Assembly: GCA_004764695.1 (NCBI GenBank)
Contig: SMSO01000025.1
Location: 4,938,862 to 5,002,861, forward strand
DNA: 64,000 bases
Direction: 5' to 3'
Source of the DNA: Schizochytrium sp. TIO01
Taxonomy: Eukaryota; Protista; Bigyra: Labyrinthulomycetes
Positions 12,201-24,157 of this stretch are shown piece by piece (position 1 is the first letter of the stretch; the number at the start of each line of letters is the position of its first letter). Made by a program: the position numbers and the translations under genes. The notes beneath the pieces are model-generated. The model was not told the origin of the DNA. It made no database searches and saw only the letters and a list, made by a program, of their open reading frames with translations.

Positions 12201-12287
12201 CCATAGAGGCACGACCAGGCAGCAAGACAAGGCAAGGGAAAGAAGCTAGCGGTAGCAAAAACCAAACTATCAAAGCCAACAGCCACA

Positions 12288-14075
12288 ATGGCAGGTGAAG
12301 GACATGGCCGGTCGAGGAGCGGCCCTGATGGCAGCAATGGCACCCAAACCAAGAACAAGAAACCCGAGGTTAAAGAGCGCAGCTTCGTTGTAGATCTTCG
12401 ATACAGAAATGACCTTCCAGAACCTCCGTGTGACCCGAAATTTTTGAAGATCCCTTCACAAGTAGAGTCCATGTTCAAGTATCATTTCTCGTCTATGGAG
12501 AGGGCATACAAGCATAAGATTTACCTCAAACCCACCCTTGGTCCAGCAGTGAATCTCATGGATCCACGCACTGCGGAAATCCCGGGGGTCCCGATGCATA
12601 AGGCAGATAAACACCTACTCCGCAAAGATACTGAAGATGATGTTGGCCTTGGAAACGGTACCTCTGGATCGGGTCAGGTGCGCCGCCGTATCGGAAACGA
12701 TATGAGTATGCGTAATATCCAAAACTCCATGGCTGTCCGTGCGAATAAGCATTGGCTCCGTAAGACCGAATACCTGGACAACAACCAGTTTCAAACCTCG
12801 CACCGTGTCATTTCTCAAACCCAGGAAATTGACCAACGCCGTGCACTTCTCATGCAACAGATGAAGAAAGCTGAGGGAAACCGCACGCTTAAGTCAAAGA
12901 CTGAGCGTATTGAAGATCAGTTTGCATCCGCTCGGACTCTCCCAGTACATCAGACTAACCCGAGCCTCAAACCGGTGCGCATCTTTAACATTGAGCCTGA
13001 TATTGAGCTCAACTTGCAACGCCTTTTTCACATTTCCTTTACTGACGAAAGTGCACTTGAGGACCGACCCAGAGCAGAAAAGTCAAAGGAAAACGGTGGC
13101 CAAGCAATCGCGCAGTACACTCCTGAGCAGCGTAAAGTTCTCTCGCATGCTCTGCTTGAACAGCTCCACACAGATGCTCCCGAACAGATTTCTTTGATCG
13201 TCCCTGCAACTGAAGAGGATGACAAGAAAATGGGTGTGAAACGCTCTGCGTTGGATCTCGACGATGATGACGAGGACATGGACGACCTCGAACGCAGCAA
13301 GAGCTCTGGCGGTGAACAGAAGTATCGCTGGGTCCGCGATTATCAGTATGACTATCGCAATGGTGGCACCAAATTCGCCTTTCTCTGGGATCGTCAGGCT
13401 GTTGATGCTCCTGCATCAGCAGCCAAACCAGTATATGGCAAGGTTCGATTTGTGGAGCTTGAACCTACTTTTATTACGCTCACGCGTAACCAGACGGATC
13501 GTTTCAACACTCATCTTTCTCGCGTGAAGCGCATCCGTCTCGATCGTCGTGAGCTTAACGACGATGAAGAAAAGGATCGCCAAGAGCGTCTCGATGAGAT
13601 GGAACGTGGGCAGTACGATGTAGAAGACGAGATCATGGCTCAGGAAGAAGCTGCAGCTGAGGCCCAGGCTGCTGCAGTTAGTGCGATGGATGATAGTCAG
13701 CCCGATACCTCTGCCCCGGGTACCTCGAGTCAAGATACATCCACACGCACCAAGGCTGCTGCCAGCAAGTCAAATAAGCGTGTTGCATTTGCTGAGCCAG
13801 ACGATGATGATGACGAGGACGACGAGGACTTTGGTGGCGATGATAGTGAAGGCGAGGCTGAGATGGATGACGATAATGTTCAGGGTACAACACGTGAGGC
13901 TCGTCGGTCTGCAGAAAAAGAGGACGAGAAGAAAAAACCAGCCTCGTCAGCGCCAGCAACCAAAAAGAGCGCCCCGAAGGAATCATCTAAGGGAGGAGAT
14001 GTTTCTGATGACTCTGACTCATCAGACTCTGATTCTGATTCCGATTCGTCATCTTCCTCTGGTTCGTCAGACTAA
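12288..14075 (+). CDS. PAF1: RNA polymerase II-associated factor 1 (Paf1 complex subunit)
   Basis: N-terminal LRYRNDLPEPPCDPKFL, WLRKTEY, HQTNPSLKPV and YRWVRDY motifs plus an acidic/Ser-rich C-terminal tail typical of Paf1. Confidence 0.88.
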   Translation: MAGEGHGRSRSGPDGSNGTQTKNKKPEVKERSFVVDLRYRNDLPEPPCDPKFLKIPSQVESMFKYHFSSMERAYKHKIYLKPTLGPAVNLMDPRTAEIPGVPMHKADKHLLRKDTEDDVGLGNGTSGSGQVRRRIGNDMSMRNIQNSMAVRANKHWLRKTEYLDNNQFQTSHRVISQTQEIDQRRALLMQQMKKAEGNRTLKSKTERIEDQFASARTLPVHQTNPSLKPVRIFNIEPDIELNLQRLFHISFTDESALEDRPRAEKSKENGGQAIAQYTPEQRKVLSHALLEQLHTDAPEQISLIVPATEEDDKKMGVKRSALDLDDDDEDMDDLERSKSSGGEQKYRWVRDYQYDYRNGGTKFAFLWDRQAVDAPASAAKPVYGKVRFVELEPTFITLTRNQTDRFNTHLSRVKRIRLDRRELNDDEEKDRQERLDEMERGQYDVEDEIMAQEEAAAEAQAAAVSAMDDSQPDTSAPGTSSQDTSTRTKAAASKSNKRVAFAEPDDDDDEDDEDFGGDDSEGEAEMDDDNVQGTTREARRSAEKEDEKKKPASSAPATKKSAPKESSKGGDVSDDSDSSDSDSDSDSSSSSGSSD

Positions 14076-14860
14076 CTCACAACTTTCGCACCTTTTTCTT
14101 GGGTAAACACCTAGAACTTACAACATGCACATGTCCTTCCCTTCGCCATATGGTTCCTCATGTTTACATAAACTTGGGTCACTTGATCTCACAAGTTTTT
14201 TGCTGATGCTGTGTATACGAACATGGTTCTCCATACGAGGTAGCTCTACGGAAACACCCTACAACTAGAAGAGGATAAAATTGGCTGATTTGAAGAGTTT
14301 TTGTTTTCCAAACATTTCACAATACTATTCTTGGAAATAGCGATGCGCCTCGGACGATTGCACCTATTGCACACAACCGACTAGAAGCATTACGTCCCCT
14401 TTCCCTATTTGCAAATCATTCACACTCTTTTTTCTTTCTTTTTTTCTTTTTTTCCCTCAACTCTGCTCTGTTGACTTTTCCCGTGTCAACCTTTACATGA
14501 TCACAAGGAGACATTGTTCTTCAGTTGTTATCGTTTACTTCATGCATGTGAAAAGATAGTTAGTACTAATTTTTATTCCCCAACGGAGTGGAGACATGTT
14601 CATTTAAGGTTTACTAGTTTCTATCTTGTTGATAAATACAACAACAAAAAACTTATTAGTAAGGACCTGTACAAGTTAGCGCGATGCTTGCAAGCGTATT
14701 TTGGCAGAGGGGCACAAACATTTTTCAACTATGTTGTATGACGGTTCATTTTGTTTTCAATACCTAGAATTTTAAGCAAGTCACAACAAGAATCGAGTTA
14801 ATAGAAAAGTAAGAATAGTTATGTTTAAGGAATACATTATCAAAGGCAAGCATTGGCCAT

Positions 14861-16597
14861 TTAAATTCCCAGGGGAGGACGAGACTTGGGTAAGATTTTG
14901 CGATCCTTCGAAGCAAGCTTCTTCCTGCGCTTTTCCAGGAATTTGTCGAGCTTTCCCTTGCTTTGCAGGTCTTGGTAACGTTTCTGAAGTTCGAGCTTGC
15001 GCAGATCTGCTTCCTTCGTAAAGAATGCCTTCTTACCCTTGGCCACCTTGTCCAGCTCTTGTTTCTTAAGATCTCTTTTGATGTCACGACGACTCCGGTC
15101 ACGCTCAGATCGGGAACGTTCTTGCTGCATTTTGGTCAGTTTGGCCATTGCTGCATGGCGCTCATCTTCACTCATTGCACGGTGGTTGCTATGCTTGCGT
15201 GCGGATTTGCTCTTGCTCTTGAGGGCGCGGTCAGACCTCAACGCGTTATTCAATTCATCAATCTCCTTGTCACGCATCTCTTCAAGGAATCCATATCGGC
15301 CCTCAAATACATTACTGTCTAACTTGTCCCCACCCATATTCATAAAACGAGGGTCGCGGCGTTCACGGTTGGGTGCCTTGATGACATGGCGGAATCGAGA
15401 AACCTGATGTTTTGCAGAGATCTCCTTGGGAGCATTGCGTTGCTTTTTCGTCTTATGAATACCATCGCTACCCTCAGCAACATTGTTACTGTCATCATCT
15501 GATCCAGAGTCAACATCTTCAGCAGTCTCTTGTTCGCCTCTTGTTGATGGACGACTCCGTTTGCGATTATTTGCTGCAGCCGCCTTGATGGTATCCAAGT
15601 CGACATTTCCGCTCAACCATGCATTAATGTACTCCGGTCCAGGAAGATCCAAAGCCTTATGCAGAGGCTGGCCGTTCAATCCCTCTCTCTTTAACTTTGC
15701 GAGCTCCTGCATAGGCATATCGCGCAGAGTATCACGGAGTTCGTCAACTAGACTGACCTCTGGTTGTGCTTCCTCTTCGCTGTCTTCATCTTCATCTTCT
15801 TCAGCGTCTTCTTCATCGCTGCTGTTTGGAGCCGCACGAAGAAGCTGCTTGGAAAGCTTGTCTCCCTCCTCCTCCTCCTCATCGTCCTCTTCATCGTCAT
15901 CATCGTCGTCGTCGTCATCGTCGCTTGAGACATCCTCATTCTCCTTGGTGGAGGTGGATATCTTGGATTGGGCACGAAGTTTCTGTGCTCGCCGCATCTT
16001 CACAAGTTCATCTTCGCTCTCAGAATCATCCTCATCATCTGAAGATGCAGGCTCGAGGCCGGGCTTACCGGATTGTTGCTGACGAAGCTTTTGAGCACGA
16101 CGGAGCTTAACGAGCTCATCTTCACTATCATCTTCACTGTCATCATCATCATCATCATCATCTGAAGCAGGGGCAAGTTGACGATTTCCAGAGCGCTGAC
16201 TGCGAAGTTTCTGCATACGCCTCAACTTCACGAGCTCATCCTCGCTCTCGTCATCATCTTCGTCTTCACTCTGCTGGGTTGATCTGCTTTGTGATTTCTG
16301 TGCACGACGCAACTTAGCAAGTTCATCATCGCTATCTGAGTCCATATCGTCCATGCTATCATCCCCTTCGCCTTCGTCGCCAAAGTCCTCATCCTCAGGA
16401 CGGGCTCTTGAAGCCTGCTGCATTTTCTGTTGTAGTTTGGCCATCGCTAGTAGTTTAGATTCATTGTCTTCGTCCTCTTCACCATTCGCCTGACGACGCG
16501 GACGACGCGGAGCACTATTGCTCTCTGTACGAGAAATTTTACTCTTCTTTGCGGACTGCCCACCACCATATGTAGACTTTCTGCGTGGCGTAGACAT
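14861..16597 (-). CDS. RRP36: rRNA biogenesis protein RRP36 with expanded acidic repeat N-terminus
   Basis: C-terminal APKEISAK..VSRFR, RRDPRF, YGFLEEMRDKEI, FFTKEADLRK and LDKFLEKRRKKLASKD match Rrp36. First ATG at 16597. Confidence 0.88.
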   Translation of the reverse strand: MSTPRRKSTYGGGQSAKKSKISRTESNSAPRRPRRQANGEEDEDNESKLLAMAKLQQKMQQASRARPEDEDFGDEGEGDDSMDDMDSDSDDELAKLRRAQKSQSRSTQQSEDEDDDESEDELVKLRRMQKLRSQRSGNRQLAPASDDDDDDDDSEDDSEDELVKLRRAQKLRQQQSGKPGLEPASSDDEDDSESEDELVKMRRAQKLRAQSKISTSTKENEDVSSDDDDDDDDDDEEDDEEEEEGDKLSKQLLRAAPNSSDEEDAEEDEDEDSEEEAQPEVSLVDELRDTLRDMPMQELAKLKREGLNGQPLHKALDLPGPEYINAWLSGNVDLDTIKAAAANNRKRSRPSTRGEQETAEDVDSGSDDDSNNVAEGSDGIHKTKKQRNAPKEISAKHQVSRFRHVIKAPNRERRDPRFMNMGGDKLDSNVFEGRYGFLEEMRDKEIDELNNALRSDRALKSKSKSARKHSNHRAMSEDERHAAMAKLTKMQQERSRSERDRSRRDIKRDLKKQELDKVAKGKKAFFTKEADLRKLELQKRYQDLQSKGKLDKFLEKRRKKLASKDRKILPKSRPPLGI

Positions 16598-17837
16598 TCT
16601 CGCTTGATCCAAGCCCACGAGACCCCTTGATGTCAAGCTTTGAGTTCTGGTCGCACTCAGCGCTTGTGGAGTTCTGTCTTGTTTGGTCTCAATCACCTCT
16701 CCCTTGGAAACCTGGAAAACCCTATTTCTGAGGTGATGAGAAGGATCCCAACCTTCAGTTTGTTTCCTTCAAGAGGTCCTGATTTGCCCAGGTCCCTCTT
16801 CGTCTTTGCGCTTGCAGGGCGCAGTTTATCGATGCGTTCAGATGAAGCCTCGAAGTCTGCTCTCCAAGCGCTACGGACCAGCCATCATGATGTCACCACA
16901 TAGCATTCATTGGTAAGACACCTTAGTGAGTTGTAGAGAACAACTTGTAGCAATAAGATGTTCTAAACAGGCAAGAAAGAGCCCATGTCTTTTTATATGT
17001 GTATGGCCCACATATATTATATACTTTATTTTTATTTTTTAAACATATGAGAGGCCTATATATTCTTTTAATGTAAAATAGGATAATGGAACAACAATGC
17101 ACCTCGATGGCTAAAAGAGCAAATTGAAAAAACTTTAAGTCCGTAGCTTTGAAATTCTTATGTGAGACAAGTATCACAGACACAAAAGGACGATGACTAG
17201 CCTAGAAAGAATTGTAAAGAAAAGAGTCCCTTGTATCGCGTGGTGTAAAACACTGTGTGTGACTTTCCCTGTAAAGAATCTATAGTTAGGTTGGTCTTCT
17301 TATAGCTGTTCATGTAGTTTTATTTATTTCCTTTTATAAAAATGAACATTTCTATAAAAATTATATTTTATATTTACATATATATATGAATTGCAATTAG
17401 ACGATTTTCCTTGTAGAGCCACAATGAAAATATTACAATGGTTTGATGTTAAAATTTGGGTGTCAATCTCAGCTCATCACTCATTTACAACACCCACAAT
17501 CACTTTGTCTCCGGCCGAAACCATAAATTCTGAAAATTTAACTTGACAATTAGACATCATTATGGTGGTAGGTAGGACTTCGCGTTCGGTCATTCGCTGA
17601 GCACAGCGAGGCACCTTAAGTCTTTCGTAAAACATCCTTCAAGTTCCATTTCCATCTCACTTTCTTTCTGTCGATTGCCTCATTATGAACTACCTGTAAA
17701 GTAGTAGTCATAGGACTGTTTTACAACTCTAAGACGACTTGGATTCGAGGATAGTTCTATGGCAAAATTGCAATTCGCTTGCTGCTCCTGCTGCTCCGGC
17801 CACACAGAAGTGAAGCTTCCCGGGTGAAACTATCGAT

Positions 17838-18473
17838 ATGTCTGGAGGAGATCAACATAATCTTGTGCAACGCAAACCCAAGACAGGGTCGGCAACCTCA
17901 GGAAAGATGCTCGGAGCCTTGGAAAACGAAGAACGCAGCGCTGCCAGAGAGGATGCAAGCGAAGACGAGAACACCGACTATTGGGCAGAGGAGCGGCGCA
18001 CGCTACTTGCGGAGACAGAAGAACCTGAAGGCATTATGAGCATATCATATACTGAAACTGTAGCGGGCTCTCCGGCTGAGGTTATGAAGGCCTTCCAGAC
18101 CATTGTGTGGGAACAGGGCGGATTTCACTCGTCGTACTTGCGACACTCGCCGCCCCCAAAGATTATCCAACGAGGCGATGAAAATGGGGTTGGTGCTGTA
18201 CGGCAAGTACCTAACGCTTACCTTCCCATTGTTACTGAGCACGTACTTGCGGTTGACCCAGGACAGCGAATTGTTTACTCAGTGGTGAAAAACTTCCCGG
18301 CATCATACCACCGTGGATATGTTACATTTGAAGATCAGAATGATGGTACGACCTTAGTAACCTGGACTGTTCGGATTGTCCCTTTCCGATTTATGGGCTG
18401 GCTCGTTCGCTCTTTTATCACAGTCTTCCCCACTTTTCTACGATCGCTTAAGCAATCTCAATCCCGTTTGTGA
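17838..18473 (+). CDS. SRPBCC / polyketide-cyclase-like (START/Bet v1 superfamily) ligand-binding protein
   Basis: GVGAVRQV, VTEHVLAVDPGQRIVYSVV, HRGYVTFE and GTTLVTWTVR follow the SRPBCC pattern. Confidence 0.8.
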   Translation: MSGGDQHNLVQRKPKTGSATSGKMLGALENEERSAAREDASEDENTDYWAEERRTLLAETEEPEGIMSISYTETVAGSPAEVMKAFQTIVWEQGGFHSSYLRHSPPPKIIQRGDENGVGAVRQVPNAYLPIVTEHVLAVDPGQRIVYSVVKNFPASYHRGYVTFEDQNDGTTLVTWTVRIVPFRFMGWLVRSFITVFPTFLRSLKQSQSRL

Positions 18474-20061
18474 TTAGCTCTAAATTGAACAAATACCTAT
18501 TTTACAAATATAAAAATGTTGACTCGCGTTTAACGTAGAGCGTACCATGTGTTAAATCGTATTCGTTATTACTGATGTTGTTGTGCTACAAATACTTAGT
18601 TATTAAGTCTAAAAGTGTGCTAATGTCTCCTTTTCAAATTATATATTATGCTTTGTGAGAGAGTCTGGCGTAACTATAGGTCTCCTTTGCGTGGAAATCT
18701 ATACGCACCCATTCCTCTTAGCTTATGCTCTGCTCTAATGGACATATTTCAATATCCACTTCTGCCAGGACCAAAGTAATATATACTTATGACTAAAATT
18801 GATTTTCAATTTGTGATTGCCTTTTTCCTTTGAAAGTAGAGACACGTTAAAAAAATGGCAACACTCCCAAAGGTCGACCCTGATTCCAGTCTGCTTTAAG
18901 CTCTTTATATTCGTGGCAGTTGATCAATAAAACTCTAGATTCGACAGAATTCCCTCCTTTTTTTCCCTTTTTCTTCAGAAGATTTGCCGTTCTGTACATT
19001 GTGTTTGTGTTATATGGACACATAGTGAGAAAAAGTGCTTTGGAGTTCAAACTTTATAGCATATTATATTTGTTAAGTTACCCTGGTTTGAAGAAATAGA
19101 AAAGATATTGCTAATTATAAATTGCCGGATTGAGATATCACGGATTTCTAACTCGATAGTAATACTTTGCTGGATTAATGGATTGGATAGACAGAGCCAG
19201 ACCACAGAAAGTTTGCTATACATAATTCATTCGTTAATACAAGTACTCAGGAGCGTTTTTTAGACCAGATTTTCGGAAAAGCTGAATAATAGGCACAATA
19301 CCAAATCCAACGAACCCGTGTACAAATAGAAAGATGTTCATCATGGCTTGTATTGTGCAGGCTCTACTGTTGTAAGACTTACAGGCTCAGATTTTGGAAC
19401 TCTCTTTCTAAAATTATGTGGATCTTAAATTGCTTCCCAAATACAATGATGTTGTGGCTTCGTTTTATCTGAAGTACCACGCCACAGACATTTTAAACTG
19501 CTCTTAATTACTTCTGCATTTCATTCTCTCCAAATACCTATGGGGTACTAGCTAGGTAATAATACATTGTTGGCTTAGTGTTAGCAAAAATAACTTACTA
19601 GCTAGGCCTAATAGTATGATTACACTCCTATATTCTTCTAATGTCACTATGGCACGTGCAAACTAGGAAGTCCCAAGTCCAATTACGCCTCCTAGCAAAT
19701 GCACATGTTGGTACAAATAGTGCACAGCCTCTAAGATGATGCATGTGCAGACTGGAAAAGAAATCCTCCAGAAGTAGAAAGCTAGCCTCGCTATTGCTTT
19801 CGTGCAGACCTTGCGCGCTTCCTCCGGCTGTGGCCTAAGTTCACCCTGGTCGTAAGTAGCGTCTTGTGGGGTGGACTGGTGGGCGCTGGGTAGAGCATCG
19901 TTGCGTCTTTGAAGGAAACCCGTTCTGCTAGTATAAACTGTCCTTCAGGTAGCGCATAGAAGAAAGACTGGTCTTCTTTTTCAAAGTCTGTAGAAACCTT
20001 CACAGTTTCGTATACTGTAAAGAGTACAGACAGCTTGGGTTGGCTCTTGACTCAAGCAACG

Positions 20062-22488
20062 ATGTCATCAAAGACGCTTGAAACCTTAGTTTCAGCAAAA
20101 GTTCAGGATGCCAACAGCTCATCAGATTCTGGTGAGCATGACCTACTAGAAATTCATCATCGAGACAGTTTGCGAAGACGTATATATCGACTTGCAAACT
20201 TGCAACGCAGTTTTCAGTTCAAAATGCAACACATTCGTCCGCGCAAATCCTACACTGGAGACAGCGATGATTTTGAAGTCGCAACTCGGGAAATAAGCAA
20301 TTGCGTCAAAGTTTCGTATGCAGCTCCTCAATTTGCTGTTCTTGCTTTGTACATGCTGTTAGCTGTGCATGCAACCCTTTTATACGAGTATCTTGGTGCA
20401 CCATTATCTTACCTTGCATTCTTTACTGCACTTGCACGAAGTATTGACGTGTTCACAGACCCAATCATGAGCTGGGTATCTGACTCGACTCGCAGCCACT
20501 GGGGACGACGTCTACCGTATATGGTCTCTGGCTGCTTGTTCTATGGCTTAGCGATCATTTTGCTGCTTGGTGTAGGTGTCATTTATCCTACAGATACCAG
20601 TCGAGTTTCATGTGTTCCCAATGGCACTGATACAAGCGGCTCCAATATTTATGTCCTTGACAACCCCGATGAAGCGTCACGAGATGTTTCATATGCATAT
20701 TGGTATGCTGCAACTTTTGTGTTTTTCTATTTGTGCGACACGTATTGCAATGTCCCATACAATGCTTTGGGCCCAGAGTTATCGGATTCATCCGAAGCGC
20801 GCCAAGGCGTTTATTTTGTACAGAGCATTCTTGGCTTCATGGGTACCCTCATCGGGGCTGTGACGCCGCCACTGCTCGAGATTGCAGGTCTCAGCAAAGA
20901 GGTTTCGTTTCTTATTACAGGTGCATTTTTTGCAGGTTATTACATACTCACAGCTCTCAACTTGGCTTCCAATGTTGCTGAGCGTGCCGAAGGTTTTCAA
21001 AACCAAATGACTGTTCCTTTAGTACCATCAGTGATTCGTAGCTTTGGAAATGCACCTTTTCGAATTCTTCTAGCCTCCTGGTTCATCGACTCTATCGGCT
21101 GGTACTCCTTGGCAGCGATTTTACCATTCTACGTAAAATATTACCTACGCCCTGGAGAGGCAGGAATTGAGTTTATGACAGATGAGGTGTTTCTTGGTAT
21201 TGCCCTTGGCGCACTCTTTATTTCTGCAATAATTGGTACCCCGTTTTGGGGTTTTGTTGCGCGAAAAGCTGGTCGCTATCGTGCTTGGTTAGCGTACAAT
21301 TTATTCAATGGCTTGTCAAACGCCTTGTACATTATTGTAAAGCCACAGGATTGGCGAACTGCTCTCATTGTGACAATTTTCAACGGAATTCCGTTTGGTG
21401 GCAAGTTTCTTAGCGATGCAAATCTTGCGGATACAATTGACTATGATGAGCTAGCCTCTGGTTCAGGTGAGCGTCGCGAGGCTCAGTTTACAGTATTTTC
21501 GTCACTTGTCCCAAAGCTTGTCGCAATCCCCGCACAAGCTCTTCCTTTAGCAATAATCAGTGCGCTTGGGTTCGTGCAGAGTTCATTAGCGTGCTCGGAG
21601 GATGGAGAAGCAGAAACAGTAGCATCGGATCAAAACGCCTCAGTGAGATTTGCTATTCAGCTAATTTTTGCGTTCTTCCCTGCTTTCACTAATCTAGTGT
21701 CATTTGGCGTTAAATTGCGGTACCCCATTACAAGTGCGAAAGACGTGGCTATGATATCTGCAGGTATTTCTCTACATCAGCAGGGTGTAGCAGCTGAGGA
21801 CCCCCTCCGGGGCGTACTCCTACCTTCTCCAAAGGACCTGTCTCTAGAAGATCGACGGATGGGTATTGCGTTTGATTATTTCTACAGCTCCGAACAGCGC
21901 AAAATCTATATGAATAACGGCGACGTAAGCACAGTGCTGTGGGGTCTTGCGGGTCAGCTTGTTGCAATGGGGGTTGTCGTAGCGAGTGCGTTGTATGGAG
22001 TAGTTGCTACTTTCCCTCTACTCGATGATGCAAGTATGAGCTGGGTCCCTTGCTTTCTACAGGTGCTTCTTGGACTTTCTTTAATGTTATGGTGTTTCAC
22101 GTTCTTACGATTTCGAGAAGCTTTACGCCTAAAAGAATTTCCTTTAGACCGTGGATTTATGCAGCGCTGGATAAAAAAAGGAGAAGGTCGGCTCTTTGAT
22201 GATCCAGAAAATGATCAGAAGAACCCCCTCATCACGAATCCAGAAATGGTCATTCGTCGTTTGCGAAGCGATTCGGGGTATAGTGAGAAAAGTGACACAC
22301 ATGATGCACCTGATGATTTAGATTTAGCCACACGGCGCCGTATATTCCGACAAGTGAAGGGTTCATTTTTCTCACCTAGTGGGTACGTAGGATCCACTCG
22401 AAATATGATTGAGCATGACGAAGATGAGAAAACAGCCTTCATCCGTAAAATTCTTTCAGATAAGCCTCTTAATAAAGAGGATGTATAG
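20062..22488 (+). CDS. GPH (MFS_2; MelB/MFSD2-like) cation symporter with C-terminal extension
   Basis: DVFTDPIMSWVSDSTRSHWGRRLPY, VPYNALGPELS, N.PFRILL and ADTIDYDE...RRE are GPH-family motifs, with multiple TM segments. First ATG at 20062. Confidence 0.88.
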   Translation: MSSKTLETLVSAKVQDANSSSDSGEHDLLEIHHRDSLRRRIYRLANLQRSFQFKMQHIRPRKSYTGDSDDFEVATREISNCVKVSYAAPQFAVLALYMLLAVHATLLYEYLGAPLSYLAFFTALARSIDVFTDPIMSWVSDSTRSHWGRRLPYMVSGCLFYGLAIILLLGVGVIYPTDTSRVSCVPNGTDTSGSNIYVLDNPDEASRDVSYAYWYAATFVFFYLCDTYCNVPYNALGPELSDSSEARQGVYFVQSILGFMGTLIGAVTPPLLEIAGLSKEVSFLITGAFFAGYYILTALNLASNVAERAEGFQNQMTVPLVPSVIRSFGNAPFRILLASWFIDSIGWYSLAAILPFYVKYYLRPGEAGIEFMTDEVFLGIALGALFISAIIGTPFWGFVARKAGRYRAWLAYNLFNGLSNALYIIVKPQDWRTALIVTIFNGIPFGGKFLSDANLADTIDYDELASGSGERREAQFTVFSSLVPKLVAIPAQALPLAIISALGFVQSSLACSEDGEAETVASDQNASVRFAIQLIFAFFPAFTNLVSFGVKLRYPITSAKDVAMISAGISLHQQGVAAEDPLRGVLLPSPKDLSLEDRRMGIAFDYFYSSEQRKIYMNNGDVSTVLWGLAGQLVAMGVVVASALYGVVATFPLLDDASMSWVPCFLQVLLGLSLMLWCFTFLRFREALRLKEFPLDRGFMQRWIKKGEGRLFDDPENDQKNPLITNPEMVIRRLRSDSGYSEKSDTHDAPDDLDLATRRRIFRQVKGSFFSPSGYVGSTRNMIEHDEDEKTAFIRKILSDKPLNKEDV

Positions 22489-24157
22489 AAATCTATCGTG
22501 CATAATCATCATTGAATTCAGTTCAGTTACATATTTTGCAATATATAAAGTGTTTTAATTAAGCGTTCTAACTTTACGCTTGTGTATGCGTAATCTTGTA
22601 CCTTGATATGCTTTGGTCCCGGCAGCGACTACATGTGAGGGTAAGGTTATGTTTTTGTGTGGAATGAATGCAGATCATCGTCATTAAAAGCCATACAGAT
22701 GTCGAATGAAACATCCGCCATAGAAAGCTATGACTTCAATCGAAAGCACGGGTTTTCTTTTTAAGCAAAGTCTTCTTCAAGTTCTAGAACGGGCTTCAAC
22801 ATAGGCGGGTAAGCAAGCAAGTTTGAAAATCTAGTTTACTTTTTATTTTTCAATTTTAGAAATATGTTTTCCATATGGGTGGGTTTCTACGTCATTTGAA
22901 ACGAATGAATATCGCATTTTCCATGTGCCAACTATTCAACCACCGGGGTCTTCCTAGAAGAGAACAGCGGCTAAAATTTGTTCATTTATAGTGAAAGATC
23001 TTATACTCCAGCTTTCGATACCGTATGTCTGCCATTCACAGATATCAATATCTAAACGCGAAAGTTTTGTGGAAGCGTGTAGCGAGTATCAACCAAATAT
23101 TCCTGACGAGTTCGAAACCTTAAAGCAAGAGATAGTATGGTTCCTTGACCTCTTCATCTCTGGGAGAAAGTACAATTGCCGAGAAGGTTACTCTTTAGTA
23201 TTCCGAGGAAAGCACTATCGCTTGCTCTTGGTATATCCTGTTTGATCCTAATTCATATGAGTTAAGGATCCTACAAAGCCATACATTAGAAAAAAATGAC
23301 AGAAAGAGATGTACTTGAAGACAATTTTATAAGAAACACATTTTTTTTTGTTCCACTAACTACGGTTCCAAGAGCGCTATTTTTCTGTCAAATCATGAAT
23401 ACCAAGCCTCGCTAGCTTTACGCCCTTTAAGGGAGTGAACAGGTGTTGTCAGATAGCCTCCAAGGCTTGCTAGTGTTTGTATGCGGGATGGTTCTACCTT
23501 TTGCGTTTTAGAGTCTTACTAAAGTCCAACCGTCATGGGGCAAAAGTCACCAGGTCGTCGTTAGACAAAAAGCCCATCCTTTAGTCCATCGCAAAACCTC
23601 CCCGTCTATTCAATCCTTGTGAAAGTGAATACCATTTCCAACCCGCTTAGCAACGCGGGGAATTAGCAAGCTATACCAGACTTATCACGTTCTGCGCGGG
23701 TCTGGGAAGAGCACAGGGAAGGGCCGCTATCCAGGGCACCTCTGTTTCACGGCGCCAGTTCCGTGTTCAAGACCTCCCACAGACAGAAGTACACTCGGTA
23801 GTAGGTAGGACTATGTATGGTGCACACCAGAGGCACGAAGAGGGAGAAAGGCAGCAGGGAAAAATTCAAATCTGAGAGCCGAGAGAACCAAAAGAACAGA
23901 GACCAAGAGAAAGAACACCTTCGTAATTCCCAGGCCAGAGCTCGCCAGAGCGGCAGACCCCGAACGCAGAACACCAAGCAGTGGCACGCAGAGACAGGGC
24001 ACGCAGAGCACGCAAAACACGAGAGCGCGAGACTCGTGCAGACGACCAGCTGCACGAGAGCGAGGAGAATTACGACAGGAGACAAGAACTGGCGCAGATC
24101 TGTAACAGCGAGAAAGAGGTTGTACCTATCTCTAGCTAGCGAAGACGAAGCAAGATC

